A stretch of DNA of 64,000 nt, from positions 32,001 to 96,000 of IMG/VR virus record IMGVR_UViG_3300030333_001364. One strand, given 5' to 3'. How positions within the stretch are numbered: the stretch's first letter is position 1; the number at the start of each line of letters is the position of its first letter. Origin of the DNA: a virus (lineage: Duplodnaviria > Caudoviricetes). Below are positions 1 to 10,167 of this stretch, piece after piece. The notes under the pieces are model-generated. The model was not told the origin of the DNA. It worked only from the letters and a program-made list of their open reading frames with translations, and searched no databases. The position numbers and the translations under genes were made by a program.

Positions 1-2
1 AG

Positions 3-3000
3 TTGGCAAAGGAGTTTGCACGTCGTACATACGATGAAAGTGGAAACTATTATGTCACTAAGTTTGATATAGAAGCAAAAGAATGTCTGAATGATAGGTA
101 CTCTACTTTCGGTCAGTTTACTTCAAATCAAATTACAGAAGATGGAAACAAACCATCAAAAGATTTACTATGTCTCCGCATAGGTCCTGGTAAAGCATTT
201 GTGAAGGGATATGAGACACAAGTGATGGGTAACGCATTTGTTGATGTTGTAAAACCCAGAACTACCAAGACTATTGAGACAAGAGCAATACCATTCGTAG
301 CAGGAAATAGACTTAGACTAAACAACGTATTATCTGGTGCTCAAATCAAAATGGACACCACAGATACTATAGAACTTAGAGATGCAAGACTAGAATCTAC
401 TAAATCCAACTCTGTTGGTAATGTAATTGGTCGAGCAAGAGTGTATGATTATAAACTTCAGAACTCCGGCTATACCAATAATTCATCAGTGTATGAGTTA
501 TTTTTATACGATATCGTAACTGATACATCAATTACAATCAACAACGCAATATCTCTAAATGCTCCTGCACTTATAGAGGGTTCTAGATCTGGTGCTAGAG
601 GTATGCTGAAGACTGACGTTTCTAACTCAGCATCACTGACCTTATCTGAAACTTCTGGTAAATTTGTAAATGGTGAACAGATTATAATAAATGGTGTATC
701 ACAAGGTTTCATCATAACTGCTACTACAGAGTATGATATATCTGATGTAAAATCAGTCAGAGGAACTGGTGGTGGTAGAACATTTACTGCTGATGTTTTA
801 CTAGAAACAAAAACAGATTTTGGAGCAAGAGGATTTTCAATCAGTGCTCCATCTGGTGGTGTAAGCACACTATCATCTAGTGGTACAGGTTGGGCAAAAT
901 TCCTGAAGGTTGGTGATATCATAGAATACACTCAGAGTGGTGTAAACCTTCCTTGTTACCATAAAGTTACTGCTATCGCTGCTACTGGTCTAACTGCAAC
1001 TGTAGATGATGTTGCTGATGTATCAAATGTATGTGATGGTACACTACCAACAGGTGCTATTCAAGTCAGTGGATTGAAAGTTGTTTCTGGTCTACTAAGA
1101 GAATCAAAAGATGCTTTCTTATCAGCAGATATGCCACACAATTATGTTGCATCTGTTGACCTCACTGATTCTACTCTCTTTGTTCGTGAAGAGGTGGTAA
1201 ATCTAACCTCTAATAGTGGAGGTCAGATGGATCTACCTTCATTGATAGGTACAGAATTTGTGTATGCAGGATTTGATGAGGAAAGATATAACATCATGTA
1301 CAATGATGGTAGTGTAGAGGATCTAAAATCTGACCAATTTGTATTGACTAATGGTGGTAAGGGTGCAACTATATCTGGTTTGACTGCTAACCAATCATCT
1401 AATGTTGATGTACATGTAACTAAACAGAAGTCTAAAGTTACATCTAAATCAAAGACACTTGTAAAGTCAGGTGAATTGGTGGTTACTGGTTCTAAGAATG
1501 CTGGTGCATCTGGAGATGGTTCTGGTCTTACAACAAGTGCAATATATGGTAAGAGAGTACAAGATAGAGAGATATCATTAGACGTTCCTGATGTTGTTGA
1601 GGTTCATGCTGTATTTGAATCATCAAATGAAGGTGATCCAACAATACCAAAAATTACTATGGCATCTTTCACAGGTCCTAGTAGTAACAACTCAGATATT
1701 ATCGTTGGAGAGGTAGGTATAGGTAAGTCCTCAGGGTGTGCAGCGTACGTTCTAGCACGTTCTGGAGCAGATGGAGTAGAAATATGTGTCAAGAACTCTA
1801 AGACCTTTATAGAGACTGAGGAGATATCATTTGATACCTCTGGTGTAAAAGCAAATATCTCTGTTGTCTCACCTGGTGATCCTAATATTCGTTCAAACTT
1901 CTTATTAGATAATGGTCAGAGAGATGAGTATTATGATTTTGGACGTCTGGTAAGAAAAGGAACTGCTGCTGAACCAAATGGTAGATTGAAAATCTACATG
2001 GATCATTACACTATAAATTCTGAAGATTCTGGTGACCTAGTTACAGCATCATCTTATGAAAAGGCACAATATGATTCTGTTCCTACATTGAATGGTCAGA
2101 GAAATACTGATATCATAGATTTACGTCCACGTGTTGCTAATTACAGTGGTTCTAGATCTCCATTTGAGTTTGCTTCAAGAAACTTTAGTGCTACTGGTCA
2201 GTCATGTGCTGTTTTAGAGAGTAATGAGAATATAACATTTGATTATGACATCTATCTTGGTAGAAAAGATAGGTTATACATCAATCCTAATAGTAGTTTT
2301 ACTGTTGTAGAAGGTACACCAAGTGAAAACCCTGTGTTACCTGATGTTATCAACGGTAGTTTCTTACTAGCAGATATTGAGTATGCACCTTATGTGTATA
2401 ACGCTCGTGGTGAAGTCAAAATAGACTACAAAGCAAATAGACGTTATACCATGAAAGATATTGGTAAGTTAGAGACTAGAATTGAGACATTAGAAGAGGT
2501 TACATCTCTATCACTTCTTGAGACTAAGACATCTGCACTTACTATCAAAGATCCAACCACTGGTCTTGACAGATTCAAGAACGGTTTTGTTGTAGATCCA
2601 TTCAACAATTATGACATAGCAGATAAGACACAGACAGAGATAAAATTTGAAGTAGATGGTGGTAAACTTACTGCAAGAAAGCATCGTGATTCTATAGATC
2701 TTCTTATGGGGTCAAACACTGTAGTAGGTTTGACTGGTGCACCTGATCCTACAGTAGATCCTAGATTTGCTACTGATCTAAATTCACCTAATGTCAAGAA
2801 AACTGGTAATGTGGTTACTCTTGATTACACCGAGGTAGAAGATAGAAATCAACCATTCGCTACACGTCTTGAAAGTGTAAACCCATACATGTATAGAGAT
2901 TGGAATGGTAGGTTACATCTTGATCCAGATCAGGACGTTTACATTGATAGAAATCAAGTATCCATAGAACAAGGTGTTGGATTCTCTAATGACTTCTATT

Positions 3001-6000
3001 CACAGACTGAACCTCAACCATTCATGCGTGAGCAAAATATTGAGTTCAATGTAACTGTTCTAAAACCTGACACTAATCACTTCGCTTACTGGTCTGGTAC
3101 AGATATGATCGAAAACTCATATGTCGTACCAAAACTATTAGAAGTAACACCTATTAGTGGTTCATTTGAAGTAGGTGAGACTGTAAGAGGTCTTGCTGTA
3201 TCAACACAGAACGCAAGTCAGGGTGAGGATATAAGATTTAGACTTTGCACACCAAACCATAAAGCAGGTGCTTTCTCTAGTCCTAATCTTGTATACAATA
3301 TAAACCCATACAGTCCTACAGTTGGATTATCATCTTCTTATTCTGAGACATCTACAGTCTTGAACGTTGACTGTGCGTCATTGAATCAGAAATCAGATGG
3401 TAACTTCTTCGGATTCATCACCAATGGTATGCTTTTGATAGGTGAGAATAGCGGAGCACAAGCAACTGTATCTAATGTCAGATTGGTAAGTGATGACATT
3501 GGAACATTACAGGGTTGTTACTACATTCCACCAAATACATTCCAAGATGGTTCTAACGTTGCATTGATTACGCAAGTAAAACCTGAGAATAGAATACCTG
3601 GTAAAAACATATCGAATGCAGAGCAAGAGTTCTTCTCAGAAGGATTTGAAATTACAGAAACAACTGTAATAAGAACAGAACCAAACCTTCCTGTTCCTGT
3701 CATCAACAATATTACTAATGTTACCAATAATATAACCAATATACAAAATATAACAAACGTTACTCATGTAGAAGATGACCCACTATGCCAGAGTTTTGAA
3801 GTCGGTGAAGACAATGGTATATTCATGACTGGTGTGGACTTATTCTTCCAGAGTAAATCTGAAGTTATCCCAGTAAACGTCCATATTGTTACTCTTGAGA
3901 ATGGTTTCCCATCTCAAAAGATAATGAAGAATAGTCAAGTTGAACTACAACCATCTCAGGTCAATATATCTGATGACGGTACAGTTCCAACTAGATTCCA
4001 ATTCCCTGCACCTGTGTATCTACCACGAGGTGACTATGCAATCTATCTCGGATCTCCATCTGCTGATTACGATGCATGGATATCACAAGTTGGTGAGAAT
4101 GATATTACAACTGCTAATCTCAGTCAGTTCCAGCAAATTGTTGTATCTAAACAGCCCACACAAGGATCACTATTCAAAGCACAAAGTAACACCACATGGA
4201 CTGCTTCACAGTTAGAAGACTTAAAATACATAACACACAAAGCAAAATTTGTAGAGGGCGATGGTACAGTTAGACTCTACAATCCACAATTAGGCAAGTA
4301 CAATGAAAGAAACAAACTCGGAGAAAACCCAATCGAAACATTCTCTAAGCAAGTCTTTATCGGACTTGGATCGGGAACTGACACTCCGCACATCACAGAA
4401 GGAACTATTATATCGCAAAGCAATAACACGACTGCACGAGGAGTTGTTGGTGCAAAACTCTCTGCGATCTCACAAGCAGCGAACTCACTCTCAATCACCA
4501 ACGGGGGAGCAGGATACGAAGACAACAACTACGAAGTAACACTCTCTGCTATTACAGGTAAGGGAACTGGTGCTGTAGGTATTCTAACCGTATCATCTGG
4601 TGTAATTACACAAGCAACCATCAAGACTGATAACACAGGTAGTGGATATAACGTAGGTGATACCTTGACTGCAAACTTAGGTTCTAAGGGATTAGGTCAA
4701 GACTTGATACTTACTGTTGGTGTTACCACTGTAACTAATGCACTACAACTTACAAACTGTTCTGGTGCAGACTTCAATACTTCTGATACTATCACTATCA
4801 TACCTTCTGCTGGTGCAGGAGCTGGTATAGCATCAGCCCAGAATGCTATCATTCCTACAACAGTGACAGTGGATTCCAATCAGTATGATGGACAACACTT
4901 CAAGGTATATCATCCAAATCATGGTCATCATGATATTGGATCTGTAGTGACATTTGATAATATTACTGGTGATTCAGTACCAACAAAACTTACTGTTGGA
5001 TATGCTGCTAGTGTTACATCCAATGTATCCGTAGCAAGTTCTACTGGATTCAACTTCTTTGAAGGTGCTCAAGTCTCCGCAAGTAATCCTGGTTACGCAT
5101 TGATAGGGGATGAAATTATAGAGTATACCTCAGTTGGAACCAATGTTCTATCGGGAACAATAGTACGTGGTATCGATAGTAGTCTCGCTAGTGATCATGC
5201 GATCAATGATCCAGTGCAGAAATATGAGTTGTCTGGTATATCTCTTCGTAAGATAAACAAGACACATAATATAACAGATACCAATTCTATACCAGATCAG
5301 ATCTCACTTGATCATTACTATGTCAAGATAGGTGGAACTAAACTGTTCAACAAAGATAAAGTTGGTGGTGGAACTAGAGGACTAGCAACTTCCAATATCA
5401 TATTTGACACAGTCAATCCAAACATCAATCATAGTGTACCTGTTGGTACTAAGATTACTGGTAAAGTAAGAACCATCACAGGTAAGAGTGTTGGTGGTAC
5501 AGAGACACCTTACTTAGATAAGGGATTCCAAGATATCTCTCTATTCGGTAAAACTAATCTTGGATCAACAAGAATGATTGCTACTAGGGAAGTAGAAACA
5601 GCGAAGAGTACAATCCTTCCATTGCCTGGTGCTAAATCATTTACATTTGAAGCAACATTGTCATCTGAAGATACCAATGTTTCACCTTCAATCAACGTAT
5701 TTACAAGTTCTATTCTTACAGAATCAAATCGTATCAATAGACCTATCGTAAACTTCAAGATAGATAACAGATCAAATCTCTTAGAAGATCCACATGACTT
5801 TGTATATCAGACAAAAGAGATTGGATTAGAGAACCCATCATCTTCACTCAAAGTGTTATTTGCAGCAATGCGTCCACCTAGTGCTGACATGAGAGTTCTA
5901 TATCGCTTGAAGAGAGCAGACACATCAACGTTTGACAAAAAGTATGAACTATTCCCTGGCTTCAAGAATTTAGATTCTGCCGGAGATGTACTCAATCCAG

Positions 6001-6185
6001 ATAACAATGATGGACAGTCTGATAAGAAAATTCCAGCTAGTTTGAATAATCAGTTTGTAGAGTATGAGTACACAGTAGACAATCTACCACAGTTTACTGC
6101 CTTCCAAATCAAGGTTGTATTCAGCACAACGAATCAATCTGAGTCTCCCGAACTAATGGACTTCCGTACAATCGCAGTCGCATAA
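3..6185 (+). CDS. giant virion structural protein (cyanophage baseplate/tail-associated, DUF4815/VrlC-like), 5'-truncated by the window edge
   Basis: >2060-aa ORF. Contains the FARRTYDESGNY, RRYTMKDIGKLETRI and DPLCQSF motifs typical of this T4-like cyanophage protein, and lies upstream of the fibre and neck genes. Confidence 0.75.
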   Translation: MAKEFARRTYDESGNYYVTKFDIEAKECLNDRYSTFGQFTSNQITEDGNKPSKDLLCLRIGPGKAFVKGYETQVMGNAFVDVVKPRTTKTIETRAIPFVAGNRLRLNNVLSGAQIKMDTTDTIELRDARLESTKSNSVGNVIGRARVYDYKLQNSGYTNNSSVYELFLYDIVTDTSITINNAISLNAPALIEGSRSGARGMLKTDVSNSASLTLSETSGKFVNGEQIIINGVSQGFIITATTEYDISDVKSVRGTGGGRTFTADVLLETKTDFGARGFSISAPSGGVSTLSSSGTGWAKFLKVGDIIEYTQSGVNLPCYHKVTAIAATGLTATVDDVADVSNVCDGTLPTGAIQVSGLKVVSGLLRESKDAFLSADMPHNYVASVDLTDSTLFVREEVVNLTSNSGGQMDLPSLIGTEFVYAGFDEERYNIMYNDGSVEDLKSDQFVLTNGGKGATISGLTANQSSNVDVHVTKQKSKVTSKSKTLVKSGELVVTGSKNAGASGDGSGLTTSAIYGKRVQDREISLDVPDVVEVHAVFESSNEGDPTIPKITMASFTGPSSNNSDIIVGEVGIGKSSGCAAYVLARSGADGVEICVKNSKTFIETEEISFDTSGVKANISVVSPGDPNIRSNFLLDNGQRDEYYDFGRLVRKGTAAEPNGRLKIYMDHYTINSEDSGDLVTASSYEKAQYDSVPTLNGQRNTDIIDLRPRVANYSGSRSPFEFASRNFSATGQSCAVLESNENITFDYDIYLGRKDRLYINPNSSFTVVEGTPSENPVLPDVINGSFLLADIEYAPYVYNARGEVKIDYKANRRYTMKDIGKLETRIETLEEVTSLSLLETKTSALTIKDPTTGLDRFKNGFVVDPFNNYDIADKTQTEIKFEVDGGKLTARKHRDSIDLLMGSNTVVGLTGAPDPTVDPRFATDLNSPNVKKTGNVVTLDYTEVEDRNQPFATRLESVNPYMYRDWNGRLHLDPDQDVYIDRNQVSIEQGVGFSNDFYSQTEPQPFMREQNIEFNVTVLKPDTNHFAYWSGTDMIENSYVVPKLLEVTPISGSFEVGETVRGLAVSTQNASQGEDIRFRLCTPNHKAGAFSSPNLVYNINPYSPTVGLSSSYSETSTVLNVDCASLNQKSDGNFFGFITNGMLLIGENSGAQATVSNVRLVSDDIGTLQGCYYIPPNTFQDGSNVALITQVKPENRIPGKNISNAEQEFFSEGFEITETTVIRTEPNLPVPVINNITNVTNNITNIQNITNVTHVEDDPLCQSFEVGEDNGIFMTGVDLFFQSKSEVIPVNVHIVTLENGFPSQKIMKNSQVELQPSQVNISDDGTVPTRFQFPAPVYLPRGDYAIYLGSPSADYDAWISQVGENDITTANLSQFQQIVVSKQPTQGSLFKAQSNTTWTASQLEDLKYITHKAKFVEGDGTVRLYNPQLGKYNERNKLGENPIETFSKQVFIGLGSGTDTPHITEGTIISQSNNTTARGVVGAKLSAISQAANSLSITNGGAGYEDNNYEVTLSAITGKGTGAVGILTVSSGVITQATIKTDNTGSGYNVGDTLTANLGSKGLGQDLILTVGVTTVTNALQLTNCSGADFNTSDTITIIPSAGAGAGIASAQNAIIPTTVTVDSNQYDGQHFKVYHPNHGHHDIGSVVTFDNITGDSVPTKLTVGYAASVTSNVSVASSTGFNFFEGAQVSASNPGYALIGDEIIEYTSVGTNVLSGTIVRGIDSSLASDHAINDPVQKYELSGISLRKINKTHNITDTNSIPDQISLDHYYVKIGGTKLFNKDKVGGGTRGLATSNIIFDTVNPNINHSVPVGTKITGKVRTITGKSVGGTETPYLDKGFQDISLFGKTNLGSTRMIATREVETAKSTILPLPGAKSFTFEATLSSEDTNVSPSINVFTSSILTESNRINRPIVNFKIDNRSNLLEDPHDFVYQTKEIGLENPSSSLKVLFAAMRPPSADMRVLYRLKRADTSTFDKKYELFPGFKNLDSAGDVLNPDNNDGQSDKKIPASLNNQFVEYEYTVDNLPQFTAFQIKVVFSTTNQSESPELMDFRTIAVA

Positions 6186-6319
6186 TGTGCACAGAAGCAC
6201 CCAGAAAAACAGCAAAGAGACTTATAAAAAAAGCAAAGAAACATCCAGAGCAGTATTCTGCATCTGAGGTTCTTTATGCTAAACTTATAAGAAAAGCAGA
6301 AAAGAAAAATGCCAATTAA
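6185..6319 (+). CDS. small basic hypothetical protein (44 aa)
   Basis: Read manually: MCTEAPRKTAKRLIKKAKKHPEQYSASEVLYAK... The ATG overlaps the upstream stop (TAATG). Confidence 0.55.
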   Translation: MCTEAPRKTAKRLIKKAKKHPEQYSASEVLYAKLIRKAEKKNAN

Positions 6320-6443
6320 TGCATGGAGTTTAGCAGCAGAGGTTCTTGAGGGAACCCTAGATGAAACTTACCCCATTATCAAAAATGAAAAAAAGGATCA
6401 AAGTGAAGGATCATCCGAATCTGGAAAGAGATCCGAAGACTAA
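6309..6443 (+). CDS. small hypothetical protein (44 aa)
   Basis: Read manually: MPINAWSLAAEVLEGTLDETYPII... Fills the gap between neighbours and overlaps both. Confidence 0.45.
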   Translation: MPINAWSLAAEVLEGTLDETYPIIKNEKKDQSEGSSESGKRSED

Positions 6444-6579
6444 TGCTATAGTCTCAACTGATAACTCTGGTTATCAGAAATATATGAATCAAAAAGAAAT
6501 TATTCAGAGACAGCAAGATAGGATAGAGTATCTAGAATCTGAAATCATTGTTATAAAACAGATGTTGATGAATAAATAG
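6385..6579 (+). CDS. hypothetical protein with coiled-coil C-terminus
   Basis: KVKDHPNLERDPKTNAIV motif typical of T4-like cyanophages. The ORF track starts at 6361; the ATG at 6385 is preferred. Confidence 0.65.
   Translation: MKKRIKVKDHPNLERDPKTNAIVSTDNSGYQKYMNQKEIIQRQQDRIEYLESEIIVIKQMLMNK
6572..6578 (+). promoter_or_regulatory. T4-type late promoter (ATAAATA)
   Basis: Matches the gp55-dependent NATAAATA consensus, 22 nt before the ATG at 6601. Confidence 0.6.
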
Positions 6580-6600
6580 ATCTGAATATACTATTTCCTA

Positions 6601-6939
6601 ATGGCAGTCCCAGTTGTAAATATACAAATTGAACAGGGGACTGATTTCTCTGCCACATTCTTTGTGACAGATGCAAACGGTTCCGACCTCAATCTAGTCA
6701 ATCATAGTATTGATGGTAAGATGAGAAAGCACCCAGAATCAGAAGGTTACATTGGTTTTGGTGTTACTTTTGGTTCCGAACCTCTTGATGGGAAAATAGT
6801 TTTATCATTGACTAATGCACAGACAGGTATCATTACTGCTGGCAGATATAATTATGATGTCATAGTAACCAATGACACTACCAGTAAGAAGACTAAGGTA
6901 ATTACTGGTCAAGCACAAGTAAACGGAACTGTGTCCTAA
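6601..6939 (+). CDS. putative virion structural/adaptor protein
   Basis: 112 aa, NIQIEQGTDFSATF...GRYNYDV pattern, late promoter, fibre neighbourhood. Confidence 0.6.
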   Translation: MAVPVVNIQIEQGTDFSATFFVTDANGSDLNLVNHSIDGKMRKHPESEGYIGFGVTFGSEPLDGKIVLSLTNAQTGIITAGRYNYDVIVTNDTTSKKTKVITGQAQVNGTVS

Positions 6940-7331
6940 TGAGAGTTCGCCTTGCTAACAGTAGTTTTCATGTTCGCATAGGAAAGGGATCATCCTTCTC
7001 CAATGCTTCTGGACTCAAGGTAAAATTAGGAGGCGGTGGCGGTTCAGGCTCTGGAGGATCCGACGTGGAAAGACTATCAGAACTAACTGATGTTAATATA
7101 ACTAACCTAACTTCAAGTACTAATAGGTTTGTTTTAGTTTATGATGCACCTACATCATCATTCAAATTTGTAAATCCTGATGAGGTAATAGATGCAGCAG
7201 TTGGGTCTGGAACTGTGCCAGGTGGTGCTCCTGCTGCTGGAGGATTATCAGCAGATTCCTTAGGATATATTGAGAACGAGATGGACGATAGATTGGATAA
7301 TAAGATAGATTTAGACGCTGGAACTTTCTAA
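6939..7331 (+). CDS. hypothetical virion protein
   Basis: 130 aa, Gly linker, LSELTDV motif seen in fibre-associated proteins, ends LDAGTF. Confidence 0.6.
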   Translation: MRVRLANSSFHVRIGKGSSFSNASGLKVKLGGGGGSGSGGSDVERLSELTDVNITNLTSSTNRFVLVYDAPTSSFKFVNPDEVIDAAVGSGTVPGGAPAAGGLSADSLGYIENEMDDRLDNKIDLDAGTF

Positions 7332-7344
7332 ATAGTAACATAGT

Positions 7345-7364
7345 GCTGTCCTTACAGCTTTTTT
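7345..7364 (+). terminator. short hairpin plus U-tract (terminator/attenuator-like)
   Basis: GCTGT-CCTT-ACAGC followed by T6, just downstream of the late-promoter-like CTAAATA (7328-7334). Confidence 0.45.
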
Positions 7365-7390
7365 GAAAGGTACATACCAAATAGAGAATG
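7359..7390 (+). repeat. 32-bp imperfect direct repeat, copy 1 (partner at 14881-14912)
   Basis: TTTTTTGAAAGGTACATACCAAATAGAGAATG versus TTTTTTGATAGGTATATACCACATTAGGAATG: 26/32 identical by manual alignment. Confidence 0.75.
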
Positions 7391-7427
7391 TTATAAACAC
7401 AATACTCTAGGAGAGTAGTATAGAAAA

Positions 7428-10154
7428 ATGCCCGCACCTATTTTAAAGTTTAAAAGGGGTAATCTAGTTGATTTACCCGCCTTACAAGCTGGTGAACCGG
7501 GTTTTACAGTCGACAAGTATGACTTGTTTGTCGGTATAAACTCCACCAGTAACGGTAACAAAATAGTTGGTTCTGCAAGGTATTGGACAAGAGAAACCAC
7601 AACAGCTGGTTCAGGTGTCAACCTAGTAGAAGGAACAGATAATGGCACAAGTGCCATAACAATCAAAGCACCAGCAAGTTTGGCTGGTGATCAAACATAT
7701 ATTTTTCCAGGTTCACCTACATCAGGTGGTTTCCTAAGAAGTGATGGAAGTGGAAACCTAACTTGGGATACAGGTTCAGGATTCAATGGAGGATCATTCC
7801 CTCTAAGTGCACTAGACATAGATGGTGGTACTGATATAGGTGCTGCTATAGTTGATGCTGACGAATTTATAGTAGATGATGGTGGTAGCGGTACAAATAG
7901 AAAGGTAGACGCTTCAAGAATAAAAGATTACGTCTTGGGTGGCGGTCAAGGTGCTAACTTTAGTGCTATAAACGTCAGTGGTATTACAACTGCCACATTC
8001 CTCAAGTCCACTACAGCAGTTATTGGTGCTGGTTTGACAGTTACAGGAGCATTGGATGTAGATTCCACCTCTAACTTCGCTAACACCGTTACAATTGCTT
8101 CTGGTGGTGCTAACGTAACAGGTACAGTTTCTGCAACACAGTTCACTGGATCTGGTGCAGGATTATCTGCTGGTACAACACCTATCTCAACACTAGACAT
8201 TGATGGTGCTACCGATATCGGTGCTGCAATAGTTGATGCTGACGAGTTCATCGTTGACGATGGTGGTAATGGTACTAATAGAAAGGTAGATGCTTCAAGA
8301 ATAAAGGACTACGTTCTTGGTGGTGGACAAGGTGCTAACTTTGCTGCTATAGCAGTATCTGGTATTACTACAGTTGCATACGTAGATGCTACACAACTAA
8401 AAGTATCTGGTATCTCAACATTTACTGGACAGACAAACCACTCAACAATCAATGCTTCAAGCACTATTACTGGTACTGCATTCCATACAGGTGCTGAAGG
8501 ATCTGCAATCAGAGTTACATCAAACACAATCTCAGGTCCTGCAACAATCACTCTTGACCCTGCGGGTGTAGGTGATAACTCAGGTAAGGTTGTAATCGCT
8601 GGTGACTTCCAAGTAGACGGTACAACAACTACAGTCAACTCAACCACTATGACAGTGGATGATAAGAACCTTGAGTTGGGTACAGGTGCTGCTAACGATG
8701 CTGCTGCTAATGGTGGTGGTATTACAATCGTATCTGGTGAAGGTAACAAGACATTCCAGTTTGAAGCAACAGGTGACAACCTAGGATCTTCTGAGAACCT
8801 AAACATTGCATCTGGTAAAGCATATAAGATCAATAACACATCAGTTCTAAATGCAACGACTCTTGGATCTGCTGTTGTAAACAGTTCTCTTACTAATGTT
8901 GGTACACTAACTGGTTTATCTGTAAATGGTACTGCATCTGTTACAGGTCAGATCACAGCAGGAGATCTAAGAAATTCTAGTGATGGTCTAATACCTTTAG
9001 TTGGTGTTCAAACTGCATCTGGTCACTCAGGTTTAGTTACAGCATTCAAGTTCAGAGGATCTGGTCTTGATAACTTCATCGTTTCAGATGGTGTTGCTGA
9101 CGTTATCCTAACTGGTGTTGCTGCAACAACATATACATCAAGACAGACACATACTGCTACACAAGGTCAAACTACTTTCACAGTATCTGCTGGATACTCA
9201 GAAGGATTCATTGATGTTTATCAGAACGGTGTTCGTCTTATAAACGGTACAGATTACTCTGCTGAAAACGGATCTACATTCGTTATGACAGAGGGTGCAA
9301 CTGTAGGAGATGAGTTTGAATCAGTAGCATGGAAGACATTAGGTAACGTAGCAACTCTACAAAACCTAAACGTTGTAGACAATCTAACGGTTACAGGAGT
9401 CACGACCTCAGGTACATTTGTCGGTGATATAACGGGAGACATAACGGGTTCTCTTGCCAATGCAACCGCAAATACTCTACCTCTTGCTGTAATAGACATT
9501 GACGGTGGTACTGATATAGGTGCTGCAATAACTGATGGTGATCTATTCATCGTTGATGACGGTGCTGGTGGTACAAACAGAAAGACTGCTGCTTCCAGAA
9601 TCAAGGACTATGTTCTTGGTGGTGGACAGGGTGCTAACTTCTCTGCTATCAATGTTTCTGGTATAACAACTGCAACATTCCTCAAGTCAACAACTGCAAC
9701 AGTTGGTGCTGGACTAACAGTCACAGGTGCATTAGATGTAGACGGTGTAGCAGACTTTGCTACGAACGTGACAATCGGTGGAAACCTAACAGTCAACGGT
9801 ACAACAACCCAGATCAATACCGTAAACACAACCATTGAAGATACATTACTTGAACTTCAAAAGGTTGATGGTGGTGCTCTAAGTTCAGACACCAACAAGG
9901 ACGTTGGTTTAGTCATGAACTACTACAGTGGATCTGCTAAGAAAGCAGCGTTCTACTGGGATGACAGTGCTGCAAGATTTGTTCTTGCTGGAGAAGCATC
10001 TGAGACATCTGGAGTCATGTCACCAAGTGCATACGGTGGACTAGAGGTGGGTTCCTTATACGTGAATGATTGTGCAGGACAATCACAAGTTATTTCATGT
10101 TCTGGAACAACAAGAAGTCTGGAGAATATAACAGTGGATGGTGGCTCGTTCTAA
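7428..10154 (+). CDS. tail-fibre-like virion protein with three internal Asp/Gly-rich repeats
   Basis: 908 aa, G/T/S/A-rich. N-terminal 'ILKFKRG...L.AGEP' anchor, 3x LDIDGGTDIGAAI.D.D.FIVDDG repeat, 2x V.GTTT..N motif, ends DGGSF. Confidence 0.8.
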   Translation: MPAPILKFKRGNLVDLPALQAGEPGFTVDKYDLFVGINSTSNGNKIVGSARYWTRETTTAGSGVNLVEGTDNGTSAITIKAPASLAGDQTYIFPGSPTSGGFLRSDGSGNLTWDTGSGFNGGSFPLSALDIDGGTDIGAAIVDADEFIVDDGGSGTNRKVDASRIKDYVLGGGQGANFSAINVSGITTATFLKSTTAVIGAGLTVTGALDVDSTSNFANTVTIASGGANVTGTVSATQFTGSGAGLSAGTTPISTLDIDGATDIGAAIVDADEFIVDDGGNGTNRKVDASRIKDYVLGGGQGANFAAIAVSGITTVAYVDATQLKVSGISTFTGQTNHSTINASSTITGTAFHTGAEGSAIRVTSNTISGPATITLDPAGVGDNSGKVVIAGDFQVDGTTTTVNSTTMTVDDKNLELGTGAANDAAANGGGITIVSGEGNKTFQFEATGDNLGSSENLNIASGKAYKINNTSVLNATTLGSAVVNSSLTNVGTLTGLSVNGTASVTGQITAGDLRNSSDGLIPLVGVQTASGHSGLVTAFKFRGSGLDNFIVSDGVADVILTGVAATTYTSRQTHTATQGQTTFTVSAGYSEGFIDVYQNGVRLINGTDYSAENGSTFVMTEGATVGDEFESVAWKTLGNVATLQNLNVVDNLTVTGVTTSGTFVGDITGDITGSLANATANTLPLAVIDIDGGTDIGAAITDGDLFIVDDGAGGTNRKTAASRIKDYVLGGGQGANFSAINVSGITTATFLKSTTATVGAGLTVTGALDVDGVADFATNVTIGGNLTVNGTTTQINTVNTTIEDTLLELQKVDGGALSSDTNKDVGLVMNYYSGSAKKAAFYWDDSAARFVLAGEASETSGVMSPSAYGGLEVGSLYVNDCAGQSQVISCSGTTRSLENITVDGGSF
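7812..9745 (+). repeat. three copies of a ~60-85 aa coding repeat within the fibre gene (approx. 7812-8062, 8193-8372, 9492-9745)
   Basis: Near-identical peptide (…GTNRK.DASRIKDYVLGGGQGANF.AI.VSGITT…) with many synonymous DNA differences. Confidence 0.85.
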
Positions 10155-10167
10155 CACGAGTAAAAAG

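Noticed and set aside
7812-9745. Repeats considered as a CRISPR array or a DGR template/variable pair
   Set aside because: They are in-frame coding repeats with mostly synonymous differences. There is no spacer pattern, no adenine-specific variation and no reverse transcriptase or cas gene in the window.
128-10070. Many 60-176 aa minus-strand ORFs opposite the structural genes (also throughout the window)
   Set aside because: Shadow ORFs produced by the codon bias of strongly supported plus-strand genes; they have no RBS or motifs.
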